Positions 8,675 through 19,829 of a stretch of 64,000 nt of DNA are shown here, one piece after another. A program made the translations under genes and the position numbers. Each line of letters opens with the position of its first letter. The stretch's first letter is position 1. The stretch covers positions 9,712 through 73,711 of the forward strand of contig JANOYY010000049.1 in NCBI GenBank assembly GCA_031429095.1. The letters run 5' to 3'. This DNA is from Acidimicrobiia bacterium (lineage in GTDB: Bacteria; Actinomycetota; Acidimicrobiia; Acidimicrobiales; JANYDT01). The notes under the pieces are model-generated. The model searched no databases. It saw only the letters and a list, made by a program, of their open reading frames with translations, and had not been told where the DNA came from.

Positions 8675-11491
8675 TTAGGGCTTCATTTCCAACTTCAAGT
8701 TGTGAGATCCGCTGTTATTGCGGAACTCGATCATCAGCCGATGCGAGCCGACAGGAGTGTTGGTCGTAAGAACTCGCACCCCGGCGTTCAAGGTCCAATC
8801 GTCCATGATCTTTCGTCCGTCAATGTAGATCCGCATCCCGTTGTCGACCTCGGCGAGGAACGTGGTCATGCCGCCAGCAAACACGACGTCACGTTCGATC
8901 TGCGCCGAAAGCACATCGCCCCCACGAACATTCCTGCCGTTCAGGAACTCGGGCCCCCTTTCGCAGCCGGTGGTATCGAGGGTGGTGATGTCGATATCGC
9001 CGTAGGTACCCGCGAACAGGTTGTAGGGCACCGGGTCGTAGAGCCGATATCGCCAGGGGTCTTTCGCCGGACAATCCGTGGGAGCCCACGGTCCCGGCAA
9101 GAACGTGGAGCCATCTTCGAAGACTGCCCACAGAGACGCAAGGAACTCGTGATCGAAATACTCAATCGTGATCCGATGCCAATCGTCGGCTGCTGCGAAC
9201 ATCGGAATCTCGACTTCACCGCTCGAATGGTTCGTCCACTGTTCGTGGATCAGCAAACCGTTGAGGTACACACGAACGCCATCATCATGGCGCAGCCGGA
9301 GCACGGCCTGGCCGGTCGTGAATTTGAAGTCACGCACCGCGCGCATCCCGAAGTCATTCGCAACCCCCGGAGCCGGGCCGAACAGGCTGATATCGAAGAA
9401 GGTTGAAACACACTCGCTGGCCAGTGGTATCCCGGTAGCGAGAGGGTCGTATACGCCTTCGGGCGCACTGCCCGTTGCCGGGGCGGCGTAATATGCAGCG
9501 GCCCACTGGTCCACTGGGCAGCCGGTCGGCACAACGGTGGTCGTCGTGGTCGTCGTCGGCAGCGTGGTCGTCGTCAGCAGCGTGGTCGTCGTGGTCGTCG
9601 TCGGCGCCATCGTGGTGGTGGTGGTGGTCGTCGGCAACGTGGTCGTCGTGGTCGTCGCCGGCAGCGTCGTGGTGGTGGTGGTCGTCGGCAACGTCGTCGT
9701 TGTCGTGGTCGGCGCCAACGTGGTCGTCGCGGGTGTCGTCACCACCGGCGCAACGGTCGGCGGAAACTCCAACAACGGGCTTGTGGTTGTCGTTACCGCA
9801 GTAGTCGTAGGTTCACTTAAGGTTGTCGATGTTGTCGATGTTGTCGACGCTGTAGCCGTTGGGGATGGTGTCGGCTTTACCGTCGTGCTCGGCTTCACTG
9901 TCGTGGGCACCTTGGGTGTCGTGGTCGGCTTGATCGCCGGTACTGGCTTGATCGTGGCGAACGACAATTCCTCCGGTTCCAGTGCAACGCCGGGCACCGT
10001 CGCCGGCGGCGCGGTCGAAGCCGTGACGTTCGTGGAAGGCACCGGCGCAGTCGCCGGAAGCGTCACCTCGATCGCAGGAGACCCCAATGGTTCCGAAACA
10101 ACGGTCATGAAAGTCATTGCCTCGGTGAACTCTTCGCTGGTTCCACCCGCTTCGGAGACAACCAGGAACGTGTCACCGTCGGGTACGGGATCGGCGGGTG
10201 CCCCTGACTTCGTTCGCGGTCGCTTCGTCGGGTCAACGGGACCAAGAACCTTGATCAGATCCTCAAGGGTGGGGGTCGGAACGGAATCAACGGGGGCTTC
10301 AAAGGCCAGTGCCTCAGGCCGGGGTGCTTCCACAATCACCGGGGCCTGGGGCGTGAAAAGCTCGGGGTTGGCGCTCGACCCTACGATCATCGCCGGCAAG
10401 ATGGCGATCGGGGCGGCCGCGCTCGCCACCGGCCCTGCCACGCTGCGTACCGTCGAGCTCACGATCTGACCGACGGACGGGCTACTCATCAATCCATCGA
10501 GAATCGTCCCAAATATTCCCGTTGAAACGCGGGCTCGTGCACTGACACCGACCTTCACCATGGCCCGGACGACGGCCGGGTCGAAATGCGTGCCTGAACA
10601 GCGGACGAGTTCTTGGCGCGCGGCTTCATGGCTCATGGGTTTCTTATACGAACGAGTTGCCGTCATAACCTCGAAGGAATCGGCTACCGCGACAATTCTT
10701 CCGGCCAACGAGATTTGTTGCCCCCGTAGGCCAAGTGGGTATCCGGACCCGTCAAACTTTTCGTGATGTTGTGACGCCGCCAACACCCAGTCACCCAACC
10801 ACGCTCGAAGCGGTCCAAGACGTGCCACCGCGGCATCGGGATGTCCTTTAATGACCTTCCACTCTTCGTCCGAAGGCCTACCGGGCTTGTTCAATATCTC
10901 CCGAGGGACCGTCAGCTTTCCGATGTCGTGAAGCATTGCGCCCCACCGAAGCAGGTTCCGATCGTGCTCGGAAAGTCCCATCTCCTCTGCAATGACCTCT
11001 GCGTAGGCGCGGACTTTTTCGGAGTGTCCACGGGTCCGCCGATCGTGGCGATTCAGCGCCTCGATGAGCGAAAGCACTTGCACGGCAGCTTCCTGGGGTG
11101 TGCTGGAAACACCCGACTCCTGAAACTCCCGGACGACATCAGCGGTTTTCGTGTTCCCGACCCGAAGCGCCAACTTCATCCGGTTCGGAGCCTCTTCCGG
11201 AAACGAGAGGTTGATCAGGCACAGCGTGGACAGCGGGAGGTACCGCTGGGTTACTTTGGCGACCACGGACGATACGACGGACGCAAGGGCAAACATCTCC
11301 GCGTACCATGCATATCGCATGATTCGCGAGCCGAACGATGGGTTCACAAGCTTGCGGGCAGCAACGGTCGATACGAGTCCCACAATGATCGGAATCGCCC
11401 ACAGGGCGAATCGGATCGTGAACGCAAGGACGGGGCGCCGACGCCACGACTTCGTGGCCTCGCCGCCTTCCGTCGCCCGTTCCGAATTCAC
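8675..11491 (-). CDS. Membrane HD-GYP phosphodiesterase with Pro/Thr stalk and two PA14-like domains
   Basis: Two N-terminal TM helices; HSEKV, HDIGK, HHEKFDGSGYP, VADSFEVM; Thr-rich linker; HDDGVRVYLNG and VDNGMRIYIDG. Confidence 0.88.
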   Translation of the reverse strand: MNSERATEGGEATKSWRRRPVLAFTIRFALWAIPIIVGLVSTVAARKLVNPSFGSRIMRYAWYAEMFALASVVSSVVAKVTQRYLPLSTLCLINLSFPEEAPNRMKLALRVGNTKTADVVREFQESGVSSTPQEAAVQVLSLIEALNRHDRRTRGHSEKVRAYAEVIAEEMGLSEHDRNLLRWGAMLHDIGKLTVPREILNKPGRPSDEEWKVIKGHPDAAVARLGPLRAWLGDWVLAASQHHEKFDGSGYPLGLRGQQISLAGRIVAVADSFEVMTATRSYKKPMSHEAARQELVRCSGTHFDPAVVRAMVKVGVSARARVSTGIFGTILDGLMSSPSVGQIVSSTVRSVAGPVASAAAPIAILPAMIVGSSANPELFTPQAPVIVEAPRPEALAFEAPVDSVPTPTLEDLIKVLGPVDPTKRPRTKSGAPADPVPDGDTFLVVSEAGGTSEEFTEAMTFMTVVSEPLGSPAIEVTLPATAPVPSTNVTASTAPPATVPGVALEPEELSFATIKPVPAIKPTTTPKVPTTVKPSTTVKPTPSPTATASTTSTTSTTLSEPTTTAVTTTTSPLLEFPPTVAPVVTTPATTTLAPTTTTTTLPTTTTTTTLPATTTTTTLPTTTTTTTMAPTTTTTTTLLTTTTLPTTTTTTTVVPTGCPVDQWAAAYYAAPATGSAPEGVYDPLATGIPLASECVSTFFDISLFGPAPGVANDFGMRAVRDFKFTTGQAVLRLRHDDGVRVYLNGLLIHEQWTNHSSGEVEIPMFAAADDWHRITIEYFDHEFLASLWAVFEDGSTFLPGPWAPTDCPAKDPWRYRLYDPVPYNLFAGTYGDIDITTLDTTGCERGPEFLNGRNVRGGDVLSAQIERDVVFAGGMTTFLAEVDNGMRIYIDGRKIMDDWTLNAGVRVLTTNTPVGSHRLMIEFRNNSGSHNLKLEMKP
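9533..9905. repeat. Low-complexity Thr-codon repeats encoding a T-rich stalk
   Basis: Repeated gtcgtcgtggtc units encoding (L/A)PTTTTTTT blocks on the - strand. Confidence 0.9.
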
Positions 11492-11498
11492 CAGGAAT

Positions 11499-11526
11499 AC
11501 ATCGACAAGACCCGTTTATTTCTTGA
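11499..11526 (-). promoter_or_regulatory. Sigma-28 (WhiG/FliA)-type promoter of the HD-GYP gene
   Basis: Minus strand TCAA-N16-GTCGATGT ending 7 nt before the GTG start. Confidence 0.55.
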
Positions 11527-11558
11527 TTGTCGTCGACGGTATTGGCCCACAATGGACC

Positions 11559-11587
11559 GAAAGCCCCACCGATTTCGCGGTGAGGAC
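11559..11587 (-). terminator. Hairpin downstream of sdhB
   Basis: Minus strand CCTCACCG-cgaaat-CGGTGGGG followed by CTTTC. Confidence 0.5.
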
Positions 11588-11595
11588 ATGTTCAT

Positions 11596-12381
11596 CTATG
11601 AGCGGCTGAGCATGCGCCGATTCTTGAACTTCGACTTGATGTAGTCCTTGTTCATCATCGCAATCCAGTCGATCGAGATCGACTTCGGGCACGCCTCCTG
11701 GCACTCACCATGGTTCGTGCAGGAGCCAAAGAACTGCTCCATCGTCTCCACCATCGCTTCGGTTCGCTTGTACCGCTCGGCCTGGCCCTGGGGGAGCAGG
11801 TTCATATGGGCAAGCTTGGCACTGGTGAACAGGTTCGCCGCGCCGTTGGGACACGCAGCGACGCAAGCTCCACAGCCGATACAGGCCGCGGCATCCATGG
11901 CTGCGTCGGCCACCGGCTTCGGAATCGCAATGAGGTTTCCGTCCGGCGCACCACCTGACGCCACAGTGATATAGCCGCCGGCTTCAACGATCCGATCGAA
12001 GGACGAACGGTCAACCATCAGGTCTTTAATCACCGGAAACGCTGTGGCTCGCCACGGTTCGATCGTGATAGTGACACCGCTTCGGTACTGGCGCATGTGC
12101 AACTGACACGCCGTAGTGCCTTTCTGCGGCCCGTGCGCCTGACCGTCGATCATCAACGAACATGTGCCGCAAATGCCTTCCCGGCAATCGTGATCGAAGG
12201 TGATTGGCAGCTTGCCCTCGTCGTTCAAGCGCTCATTGAGAACATCGAGCATTTCGAGAAAACTCATGTCGGGCAACACTCCCTCCACGACATAGTCCTC
12301 GAATTGACCCTGAGCAGTTGGGCCGTCTTGACGCCACACCCGAAGGCTGATCGTCATCGTCTCTCCGTGTGGCGCGTTCAC
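11596..12381 (-). CDS. sdhB: Succinate dehydrogenase/fumarate reductase iron-sulfur subunit
   Basis: [33 protein letters not shown]. Confidence 0.96.
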   Translation of the reverse strand: MNAPHGETMTISLRVWRQDGPTAQGQFEDYVVEGVLPDMSFLEMLDVLNERLNDEGKLPITFDHDCREGICGTCSLMIDGQAHGPQKGTTACQLHMRQYRSGVTITIEPWRATAFPVIKDLMVDRSSFDRIVEAGGYITVASGGAPDGNLIAIPKPVADAAMDAAACIGCGACVAACPNGAANLFTSAKLAHMNLLPQGQAERYKRTEAMVETMEQFFGSCTNHGECQEACPKSISIDWIAMMNKDYIKSKFKNRRMLSRS

Positions 12382-14309
12382 TTGTAGCTCCTGACTGCTG
12401 GCTTCACGAACTCAAACGTGAGTTCCTCTTTGTGTTTGGTTCCCAATGCCATTTCTCCGTTGAACTCCCAGGCCGAGACGTGGGCAAAGTTCTCGTCGTC
12501 GCGTTTTGCTTCTCCGTCTTCGTACTGATGCTCGGTACGGAAGTGGCCGCCGCAGCTCTCTTCACGGTCGAGGGCGTCTTGGCACATCAGCAAACCAAGG
12601 CCAAAGAAGTCGTCGACTCGACCCGCCCGCTCAAGCGACTGGTTCACGGATCTGTCGTCGCCGAGCACTCGAAGGTCGGTTTTGAACTCTTGGTGGAGCG
12701 CCGGAATCTCAGACAATGCTTTCTCGAGACCCGTCTTATTGCGTTCCATCCCGCAGTAATCCCACATGATGTGGCCCAGTTCGCGGTGAAAGTGATCAAC
12801 CGACTTTCGACCTTTGACCCCGAGGTATTGCGAGAACCGACCCTTCGCATGACTAACCGCAGCGGTAAACGCGTCGTGAGTCGTCGGCACCGGCTTCGTG
12901 TTGAGCTGGGGGGCGAGATAATCGCTGATCGTGTACGGAAGCACGAAGTAACCGTCGGCCAGACCCTGCATGAGGGCTGACGCGCCCAAACGATTTGCAC
13001 CGTGGTCGGAGAAGTTCGCCTCACCTGCGGCGTACAGACCGGGAATGGTGGTCATGAGGTTGTAGTCGACCCAGAGCCCGCCCATTGTGTAGTGCGATGC
13101 CGGGTAGATACGCATCGGAGTGTTGTAGGGGGATTCGCCGGTGATGCGCTCGTACATCTCCATGAGGTTGTCGTAGCGCTCGGTAACCTTCTCAGGTCCG
13201 AGTCGGCGCAACGAATCACCGAAGTCGAGATACACACCGTTCTTGAGCGGCCCAACGCCACGGCCCGAGTCGACCTGTCGTTTCGCGGCACGTGACGCGA
13301 TGTCACGTGGCGCAAGGTTGCCGAAGCTGGGATACATCCGCTCCAGGTAGTAATCGCGCTCGTCTTCGGGAATGTTCTGCGGCGCACGCTCCTCGCCGAC
13401 CGCTTTGGGCACCCAGATGCGACCGTCGTTGCGCAGCGACTCCGACATGAGCGTGAGCTTGGACTGGAACTCGTCACTCTGTGGAATGCAGGTGGGATGA
13501 ATCTGTGTGAAGCAGGGGTTCGCGAAGAGCGCACCCTGGCGATGGGCCCGCCAAGTCGCTGTCACATTGCACTGCATTGCGTTGGTGGAAAGGAAGAAGA
13601 TGTTCCCGTAGCCACCGGTCGCCAGAACGACCGCATGTGCACTATGTGCGCTTACCTCACCGGTGCGAAGGTCACGGGCAATGATGCCGGCAGCCTTGCC
13701 GTCGACGGTGACAACGTCGACCATTTCGGTCCGGTTGTAGAGCTTGACGGTTCCGAGATGGATTTGCTGGGCGAGCGCAGAGTACGCCCCGAGCAAGAGT
13801 TGCTGGCCGGTCTGACCCTTCGCGTAGAACGTCCGGCTTACTTGCGCACCACCGAACGAACGGTTGTCGAGCAACCCGCCGTACTCCCGGGCAAAGGGCA
13901 CACCTTGCGCAACGCACTGGTCAATGATGTCGACCGAAACCTGGGCGAGGCGATGGACGTTCGATTCACGCGCACGGAAATCGCCGCCCTTCAACGTGTC
14001 GTAGAACAGCCGGTGGACCGAGTCACCGTCGCCGTGGTAATTCTTCGCAGCGTTGATACCGCCCTGCGCTGCTATCGAGTGAGCTCGACGGGGCGAATCG
14101 TGAAAGGTAAAAATCTTTACGTTGTAACCGAGGCCGCCGAAAGTCGCAGCGGCCGAAGCTCCCGCAAGTCCGCTTCCCACGACGATGATGTCGAACTTGC
14201 GTTTGTTGGCTGGGTTCACCAGCTTGACATTGAACTTGTGGTTGTCCCACTTCTCGCTGATCGGGCCAGCGGGGGATTTGGCGTTGAGGTCGTACGTCTT
14301 CGTGCTCAT
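12378..14309 (-). CDS. sdhA: Succinate dehydrogenase/fumarate reductase flavoprotein
   Basis: [31 protein letters not shown]; start reassigned to MSTKTY. Confidence 0.96.
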   Translation of the reverse strand: MSTKTYDLNAKSPAGPISEKWDNHKFNVKLVNPANKRKFDIIVVGSGLAGASAAATFGGLGYNVKIFTFHDSPRRAHSIAAQGGINAAKNYHGDGDSVHRLFYDTLKGGDFRARESNVHRLAQVSVDIIDQCVAQGVPFAREYGGLLDNRSFGGAQVSRTFYAKGQTGQQLLLGAYSALAQQIHLGTVKLYNRTEMVDVVTVDGKAAGIIARDLRTGEVSAHSAHAVVLATGGYGNIFFLSTNAMQCNVTATWRAHRQGALFANPCFTQIHPTCIPQSDEFQSKLTLMSESLRNDGRIWVPKAVGEERAPQNIPEDERDYYLERMYPSFGNLAPRDIASRAAKRQVDSGRGVGPLKNGVYLDFGDSLRRLGPEKVTERYDNLMEMYERITGESPYNTPMRIYPASHYTMGGLWVDYNLMTTIPGLYAAGEANFSDHGANRLGASALMQGLADGYFVLPYTISDYLAPQLNTKPVPTTHDAFTAAVSHAKGRFSQYLGVKGRKSVDHFHRELGHIMWDYCGMERNKTGLEKALSEIPALHQEFKTDLRVLGDDRSVNQSLERAGRVDDFFGLGLLMCQDALDREESCGGHFRTEHQYEDGEAKRDDENFAHVSAWEFNGEMALGTKHKEELTFEFVKPAVRSYK

Positions 14310-14323
14310 CTCGGTGCCCTTTG

Positions 14324-15085
14324 TCAGATCTTTACAATGCCAGCGAGGACGGCGACTGGGAAGCTGACGTTCCCGGCCACAATGAGCCCGGAAATTCCCA
14401 TGGCAAATGCTCGCTTGAGTTTGTTGAATTTCGGATTGTTCAGGCCGAGGCTCTGAAAGAAGCTCCACGCCCCGTGGAAGAGGTGCGTGCCGAGCGCCAG
14501 GTTCGCAACGATGTAGATGATCGCAACGAATGGCCGACTCAGACTGTGATCGATGTTGGCGTAGACGCGTCCCCGGCTCCAGGAGTCCGATGCCGCCGGG
14601 CTCGCACCCCAGGTGAGATCGGCAAGGTGGAAGATCAGATAGAGGAATACGATGACGCCGCTTACTCGCATCGTCCGGCCGGCATAGTTTGCAGCGATGT
14701 AGTCACGCTTGGAGGCGTAGTTCACCGTGCGGGCTTTCCTATTCATGATGGTCAGGCTGAACGCGGCGTGCATATGCAGCGCGAACGCTCCAATCAATCC
14801 GATGCGGCTAATCCACAACAAGACGTGATTTGGAAGAATCGGGGAACCGATTCTGCGCAAAAACTCTCCGTATTCGTCGATATGGTACGCGTACTCACTT
14901 GTCGCTGGCATGGCGCCGAGGTACATCTTCAGGTTCCCGATCATGTGACCGAGAGCGAAGAGGATGAGGAAAACCCCGGTGATGGCCATGGCGTACTTCT
15001 TGCCGACCGCTGATCGATACAGCTCCACGAGGAATGGTGTTTTTCTCACCCTCGGCGCGCCGGTTGTCGTTGAAACGTTTGCCAT
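14324..15085 (-). CDS. sdhC: Succinate dehydrogenase cytochrome b subunit (single large anchor)
   Basis: [34 protein letters not shown]; about five TM helices. Confidence 0.92.
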   Translation of the reverse strand: MANVSTTTGAPRVRKTPFLVELYRSAVGKKYAMAITGVFLILFALGHMIGNLKMYLGAMPATSEYAYHIDEYGEFLRRIGSPILPNHVLLWISRIGLIGAFALHMHAAFSLTIMNRKARTVNYASKRDYIAANYAGRTMRVSGVIVFLYLIFHLADLTWGASPAASDSWSRGRVYANIDHSLSRPFVAIIYIVANLALGTHLFHGAWSFFQSLGLNNPKFNKLKRAFAMGISGLIVAGNVSFPVAVLAGIVKI

Positions 15086-15292
15086 GGGATCCTCCGGCGT
15101 CGTATCGACGCCACCGATGGGGCTTATCTTCGGAAAGAAACGGTAGGAGAATTCCTTCGTTTCCAGCGATAAAGCTACTCCTGTCGATGGAGACATCCGT
15201 AATCGTCGGACGGATTCTTTGACCGCGTTTTGCCGTCAGGTCATTTGGCGTTCAAAGTCGTCAGACGTCTTCGTGAGTCCGAACCGATCCAC

Positions 15293-15319
15293 CGGTCCGC
15301 GGCGAAACGCCGCGGACCG
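15293..15319. terminator. Perfect 12-bp hairpin
   Basis: CGGTCCGCGGCG-aaa-CGCCGCGGACCG downstream of the 552-aa gene. Confidence 0.6.
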
Positions 15320-15343
15320 CGCCCGTAGTGTTTCCGGACTTGC

Positions 15344-17002
15344 CTATTTTACGCCTTCGAAGAATTCTCGTCCCCGATCGAGTTCAGCTGCATAAATCGT
15401 CGCGTACTCACCCATTCCCTCCCTGACGCCCTGTCGGATCAGTGCAACGGCGGAATCCTCATCGAGTTTCTCGAGTGCACCCACCCGCTCTTCGAAGGTG
15501 TCGCCTGCAAACACATTCCGCAGGATCGAATCGGCGATACCCCCGAGCACCATGATTTCGATACCTTCCGGGCTCGGGCAACTCAGGCACGGGTTCGGCT
15601 TCGGCGCAAACTCGAGCTTTCGTGGCGCTTCTCGAAGGTACTCCTCGATAAAGCGGTCAAGGAGTTTGCGGTCCAGATCCTTGAGATGATCGAGTACGAA
15701 AAGCGTTACCCAGCAGGGCCCGAGATGTCGGAGCAAGTGCTGGCGAAGCGTCAACCCGAGTTCGAAGCGGCTTTGTTCGAACGCATACTCCTCGATCCCG
15801 GGGTAGGCAAAAAAACTCTCGACGAGGGTGGCCGTGAAACCAAGATAGATATGCGACGCCGGAGCAAGCCAAAGCGCCAGGTTGAGGTAGTAGCGCTTGA
15901 TCTTCTCCCAGTTTGGGCCTCCGGTGGCTTCGAGCTGTGTGATGTTGATGTTCATCCAGTGGTGCCACGTCGAATCGGCGGCGACACGACCGATCCCAAC
16001 GCGATGTCCGTCGTAGACACTGATCATCGAAAACCGTTTCGCCGGCGAGTCACCCTTGGCGTGTTGCAATGGCGGGTCGGCAAGAGTTCGTCCGCGTGCA
16101 ATCACGAACGGCAATGATCGAATTCCAAAAGCTGTTGGATACTCGTCTCCTGCGACGCCGTTGAAGTTATAGGTGTTGCCCAAAGTTATGGCGGCAAGAT
16201 TCACGTCCGGCTGAACCACGTGGTCGAACACGACACCTTCGTGCGGATGATCCGGCATCACATCGATTGGTCCGAGCGCTGGATGACAGAGCACGGGGTG
16301 GGGTCGACGATGGATCGTCCACGGAAAGTGGCGATGCGTGTACCACGCTACCCACTCGATGTTCTGCGGCAAGGTGTCGCCTTGGCGGTCAAAGGCAATG
16401 ACGTCGGTACCGGCGATCTCAGCTGCCGTAAACGGCCGATTGGTGTCGATGCGAGCCTCGCCGCCTACCGGAGGCACACCTTGGGCGTTGCTCCATGCCC
16501 GCATGGTGCCGATTCGCGGCATACGACTACAGAGCGCCTCGCCCAACGTCGCATGGTCGCCGGTGGCAAAGAGTCCCCCGCCGTTGTTCATCCACGTTGT
16601 CAGCGAAGCGAGTTCGTCGTCCTGGGTGATCGGGCCGCTCGCCCCGAAACACCAAATCTGGTCGTATCCATCGATCACCTGGGCGCCGCCCGGCAGAACA
16701 CTGTTGAATCGAAAGCCCACATACTTTGCCGCAGTGCCCGCCGGGTTCGCAACGATGCTGAATTGCCCTACGTTGTGCACGGCCACGTCGGCGTGAAAGT
16801 GCCAGAGGCCAACGTTGCTTTCTCGCAGCAGTCGGATAACGCGTTCGATTCCGAACTCGTCCGGTCCGGGAGAGAGGCTGATGCCCGCATCGACAACTAC
16901 GAGAATTTTTGAGTGGCGAAAGCGAAACTTCTTGACCAATAGCTCGTTGAGCGCGGGACGAGCGAAATCAACGACGTTTGAGTTCTCCAGATTGAAGTCC
17001 AT
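15344..17002 (-). CDS. Hypothetical protein, possible GATase/ThuA-like fold with His motifs
   Basis: 552-aa ORF with RBS GGAG; YDQIWCFG, GGGLFATGDH, PDHPHEG, DSTWHHW. Confidence 0.8.
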   Translation of the reverse strand: MDFNLENSNVVDFARPALNELLVKKFRFRHSKILVVVDAGISLSPGPDEFGIERVIRLLRESNVGLWHFHADVAVHNVGQFSIVANPAGTAAKYVGFRFNSVLPGGAQVIDGYDQIWCFGASGPITQDDELASLTTWMNNGGGLFATGDHATLGEALCSRMPRIGTMRAWSNAQGVPPVGGEARIDTNRPFTAAEIAGTDVIAFDRQGDTLPQNIEWVAWYTHRHFPWTIHRRPHPVLCHPALGPIDVMPDHPHEGVVFDHVVQPDVNLAAITLGNTYNFNGVAGDEYPTAFGIRSLPFVIARGRTLADPPLQHAKGDSPAKRFSMISVYDGHRVGIGRVAADSTWHHWMNINITQLEATGGPNWEKIKRYYLNLALWLAPASHIYLGFTATLVESFFAYPGIEEYAFEQSRFELGLTLRQHLLRHLGPCWVTLFVLDHLKDLDRKLLDRFIEEYLREAPRKLEFAPKPNPCLSCPSPEGIEIMVLGGIADSILRNVFAGDTFEERVGALEKLDEDSAVALIRQGVREGMGEYATIYAAELDRGREFFEGVK

Positions 17003-17155
17003 GATGCATCTCCGTTCGAATGTCAGTAGTAGGACCTTCGCGGTTCGTCACAGGAACTGAGCACAAACCGTCGTGTCACAGAGTCCTGTCGCTGCGGCCA
17101 GATACAACGAAGAGTCAAAAGTTTCGATTCAACTGCGACGGGTCGCCGCAAAAAA

Positions 17156-19339
17156 TCAAACGAAACGACTCATATACCGATTCGTCGCCGTAGCTTCGGG
17201 GTGGGTGACCGTCAGGTCGAGGAGGAGGTGCGGATCAACCACACCGGGCCGGTGTTGGGCTGACGGGTGAGCGGGTGACGGGAGGACGATGTCGACCGCC
17301 CCGATTCTCGTCACAGCATCGGCCGCAATGTCGCCGGTCCACTCCCAGCGATGCAAGCCCCCGGGCCACTGCAGCACGGCAAGCACAACCGCATCTCGCA
17401 GAACGTGTCGGACGTCGGAGACGACGTGGACATCGAGGGCCAGTGTGTCGTGCACAGAAACGACGGAAGGCAACCGATCGGCGGTCACGATGACGCGACG
17501 ACACGCGTCGGCGACGGCCTCGTAGCCGAGTTTGGCGCGGCGGTCGTGACCGAGCACCGACCACGTGATGGCGAAATGGTCGAGGGGGTCGTTCAGCATG
17601 AAGAACGCAAAGCCCCCGTTCGGGCGGTACTTGATCCGGCGGAGTTCTTCGATGTGGCGCCGAAGCAGGTTCGCCTGGTACTCCTGCGTCGCCTGCTTCC
17701 AGTCGCTGTAGTGCACGAAGTTCGATGGATTGACATCGGCGTTGCGTTCGAAGAACGTCTTCTGGAGCGAGTGGTGTTTCCCGAGATGGTCCCAGTCGAG
17801 TTCGGGCCAACGCGACGCGTCGATGAAGTCATCGGTCACCGGAATCGACTGCGATCCGAACTCGCTGATGAAACGCGCCATGCGAGGCACGGAACGCAGC
17901 AGCGTTGGAAGATCACGTTCACTCCCGTGATACCAACCGAAATAGACGTGCGTGTCAGTCCCACCCGACGTCGGCCCGGGTAGCACACCCGAATGGGCGG
18001 TTACCGGCCGGGAAGGATCGGCTTTAGTAAGCGCACGATGTATTCCCAGGTCGAGAACCGATTTGTTCCATGTGGGTAGCTGCTGAAGAAGCAGGTACCG
18101 GGCGATCATGTCGGCCGCCTTTTTCGGCGAGCCGTTCACCGCTTCGGGATTGACATCGAGTGCGAGGGGTTCGTTGTGACCACACCAATGAATGATCGAG
18201 GGATGATGCCCGTGTAGATCAACCAACTCACCGGCCTGACGGATCGCCTGTTTCCGCACGCTTCGCGCATAGCCCCACTGCAGCGGCATGTCCTGCCACA
18301 CCATCATCCCGAGCTCATCGGCGGCGTCATAGAACGCCGGATGCGTCACGTGTGCATGGACTCGCACGAAATCAAGCCCGGCGTCTTTCGCCAGCGCAAG
18401 GTCGCGGTGCAGTTCGTCATAGGTCGCATCGCCTATCGCCATCCGCGTGGGGCCGACGTTTGCGCCCTTCAGGTGCATTCGTTCGCCATTGATCTCAAAG
18501 ATCCAATCGTGGCTGCGTACCTGTCGGAGGCCGGTGCGTCGACGGCGTTCGTCGGACACTTCACCGGTTTCGGGATCGATGATCTCCACGGCTAGCGACG
18601 TCAGGTGCGCTTCACCGAGCGACCACGGCCACCAGAGCCTCGGACGCTCAATGGTAACTCGCCATTCGACGCGATTCGAGCCGCTGGCCAGTTGGTGCTC
18701 TTCTTCGTCGAGCGTATCGCCAACGGATGATCGTATGCGTACAGACCGAGCCGTCGTGCTATCGAGAACTGCCCGGATTGCCAGAACCGCCCGTTCGCGG
18801 TTCGCTTCCAGGCACACGACCCTGAGACGAACGATCCGAACGGGTCCAGTCTCAAACACCGAAACCGGACGCCAAATGCCACCGGGGTTCCAGTCTGGTT
18901 CGATGCAGTCCCAGTGCTGGAAGACACCGGTGAGATTGCGTTTCGCCGTACGAGTCCGCTGCGGCGCACAAGTCACCTCGACGCCCAGGAGATGCTCGGT
19001 CTCCTGCTGGAGCGCTTCGGTAATCTCGAAGGTATGAGGAACGTAGTAACCCTCGGTGTCACCGAGATATCGACCGTCGAGCCACACGTCGCCTTGATAG
19101 AAAATGCCTTCGAATCCCAGCCAGGCCCGACGACCGGCGGTGGGGGTCGGAGTGTGGAACCAAGTCCGCAAAAGGAGCGCGTCGTCGTTTTCTGCGAAGG
19201 CGGACTCGTTGCGCCAATGCCCGGGAACCGTAACGGCGTGCCAGACCGAGTCAGCAGCGTCGTCGATCTCCGCGGTTGCGAAGACACGACGTAACTCGTC
19301 GTTGGCCACCGCGGCCCGCCACTGTCCTCCCAAATCCAT
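17156..19339 (-). CDS. Glycoside hydrolase family 2 (beta-mannosidase-like)
   Basis: LGFEGIFY, GGIWRPV, LKGAN, HPSIIHWCGHNEP (acid/base), FISEFG (nucleophile). Confidence 0.9.
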   Translation of the reverse strand: MDLGGQWRAAVANDELRRVFATAEIDDAADSVWHAVTVPGHWRNESAFAENDDALLLRTWFHTPTPTAGRRAWLGFEGIFYQGDVWLDGRYLGDTEGYYVPHTFEITEALQQETEHLLGVEVTCAPQRTRTAKRNLTGVFQHWDCIEPDWNPGGIWRPVSVFETGPVRIVRLRVVCLEANRERAVLAIRAVLDSTTARSVRIRSSVGDTLDEEEHQLASGSNRVEWRVTIERPRLWWPWSLGEAHLTSLAVEIIDPETGEVSDERRRRTGLRQVRSHDWIFEINGERMHLKGANVGPTRMAIGDATYDELHRDLALAKDAGLDFVRVHAHVTHPAFYDAADELGMMVWQDMPLQWGYARSVRKQAIRQAGELVDLHGHHPSIIHWCGHNEPLALDVNPEAVNGSPKKAADMIARYLLLQQLPTWNKSVLDLGIHRALTKADPSRPVTAHSGVLPGPTSGGTDTHVYFGWYHGSERDLPTLLRSVPRMARFISEFGSQSIPVTDDFIDASRWPELDWDHLGKHHSLQKTFFERNADVNPSNFVHYSDWKQATQEYQANLLRRHIEELRRIKYRPNGGFAFFMLNDPLDHFAITWSVLGHDRRAKLGYEAVADACRRVIVTADRLPSVVSVHDTLALDVHVVSDVRHVLRDAVVLAVLQWPGGLHRWEWTGDIAADAVTRIGAVDIVLPSPAHPSAQHRPGVVDPHLLLDLTVTHPEATATNRYMSRFV

Positions 19340-19443
19340 CGCACGACCGTACTGCTCCGAAACGAGATAGCTGCGTCACTGTCGATAGTGTGATTCCGAT
19401 TCCCAGTTCGATCCGTACGAAAACCCCATTTCATACGCAATGA

Positions 19444-19758
19444 ATTCCACCTGAGTTCAACAACGAGCTCCTGAAGTACGACCTCACCGACGGCAGCTGC
19501 GTCCCCCACTCCTTCGGCACCGGCCGTCAACCTGGCGAAGGCGTGTTCGCGCCCCTGGTTCCTTCTGGTTCAGACAAGCCCGCCGAAGACGATGGTTGGG
19601 TCATGACGTTTGTCTACGACCGGGCCACCGACCGCAGCGAGTTGGTCGTCCTTGACGCGAGCAATTTCGATGGGCCTCCCGTGGCCACCATCACCGTTCC
19701 TCGACGCGTACCGTTCGGTTTCCATGGCACCTGGGTCCGGGCATCGCAGCTGCCGTAA
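19444..19758 (+). pseudogene. C-terminal remnant of a carotenoid oxygenase (RPE65 family)
   Basis: ELLKYDL...PGEGVF..EDDGWVM..PRRVPFGFHGTW; only ~105 codons after in-frame TGA at 19441. Confidence 0.8.
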
Positions 19759-19829
19759 ATACCCGACGTTGGGAAGAATCGGTTCGCCACACGAGGAGAT
19801 TTGACCGAACGTCGCGGGTTGGAGGCGGT

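Noticed and set aside
9537-10469. Val-rich 310-aa + strand ORF (also 32391-33068 and 38655-38957)
   Set aside because: Antisense shadows of Thr/Pro-rich linkers.
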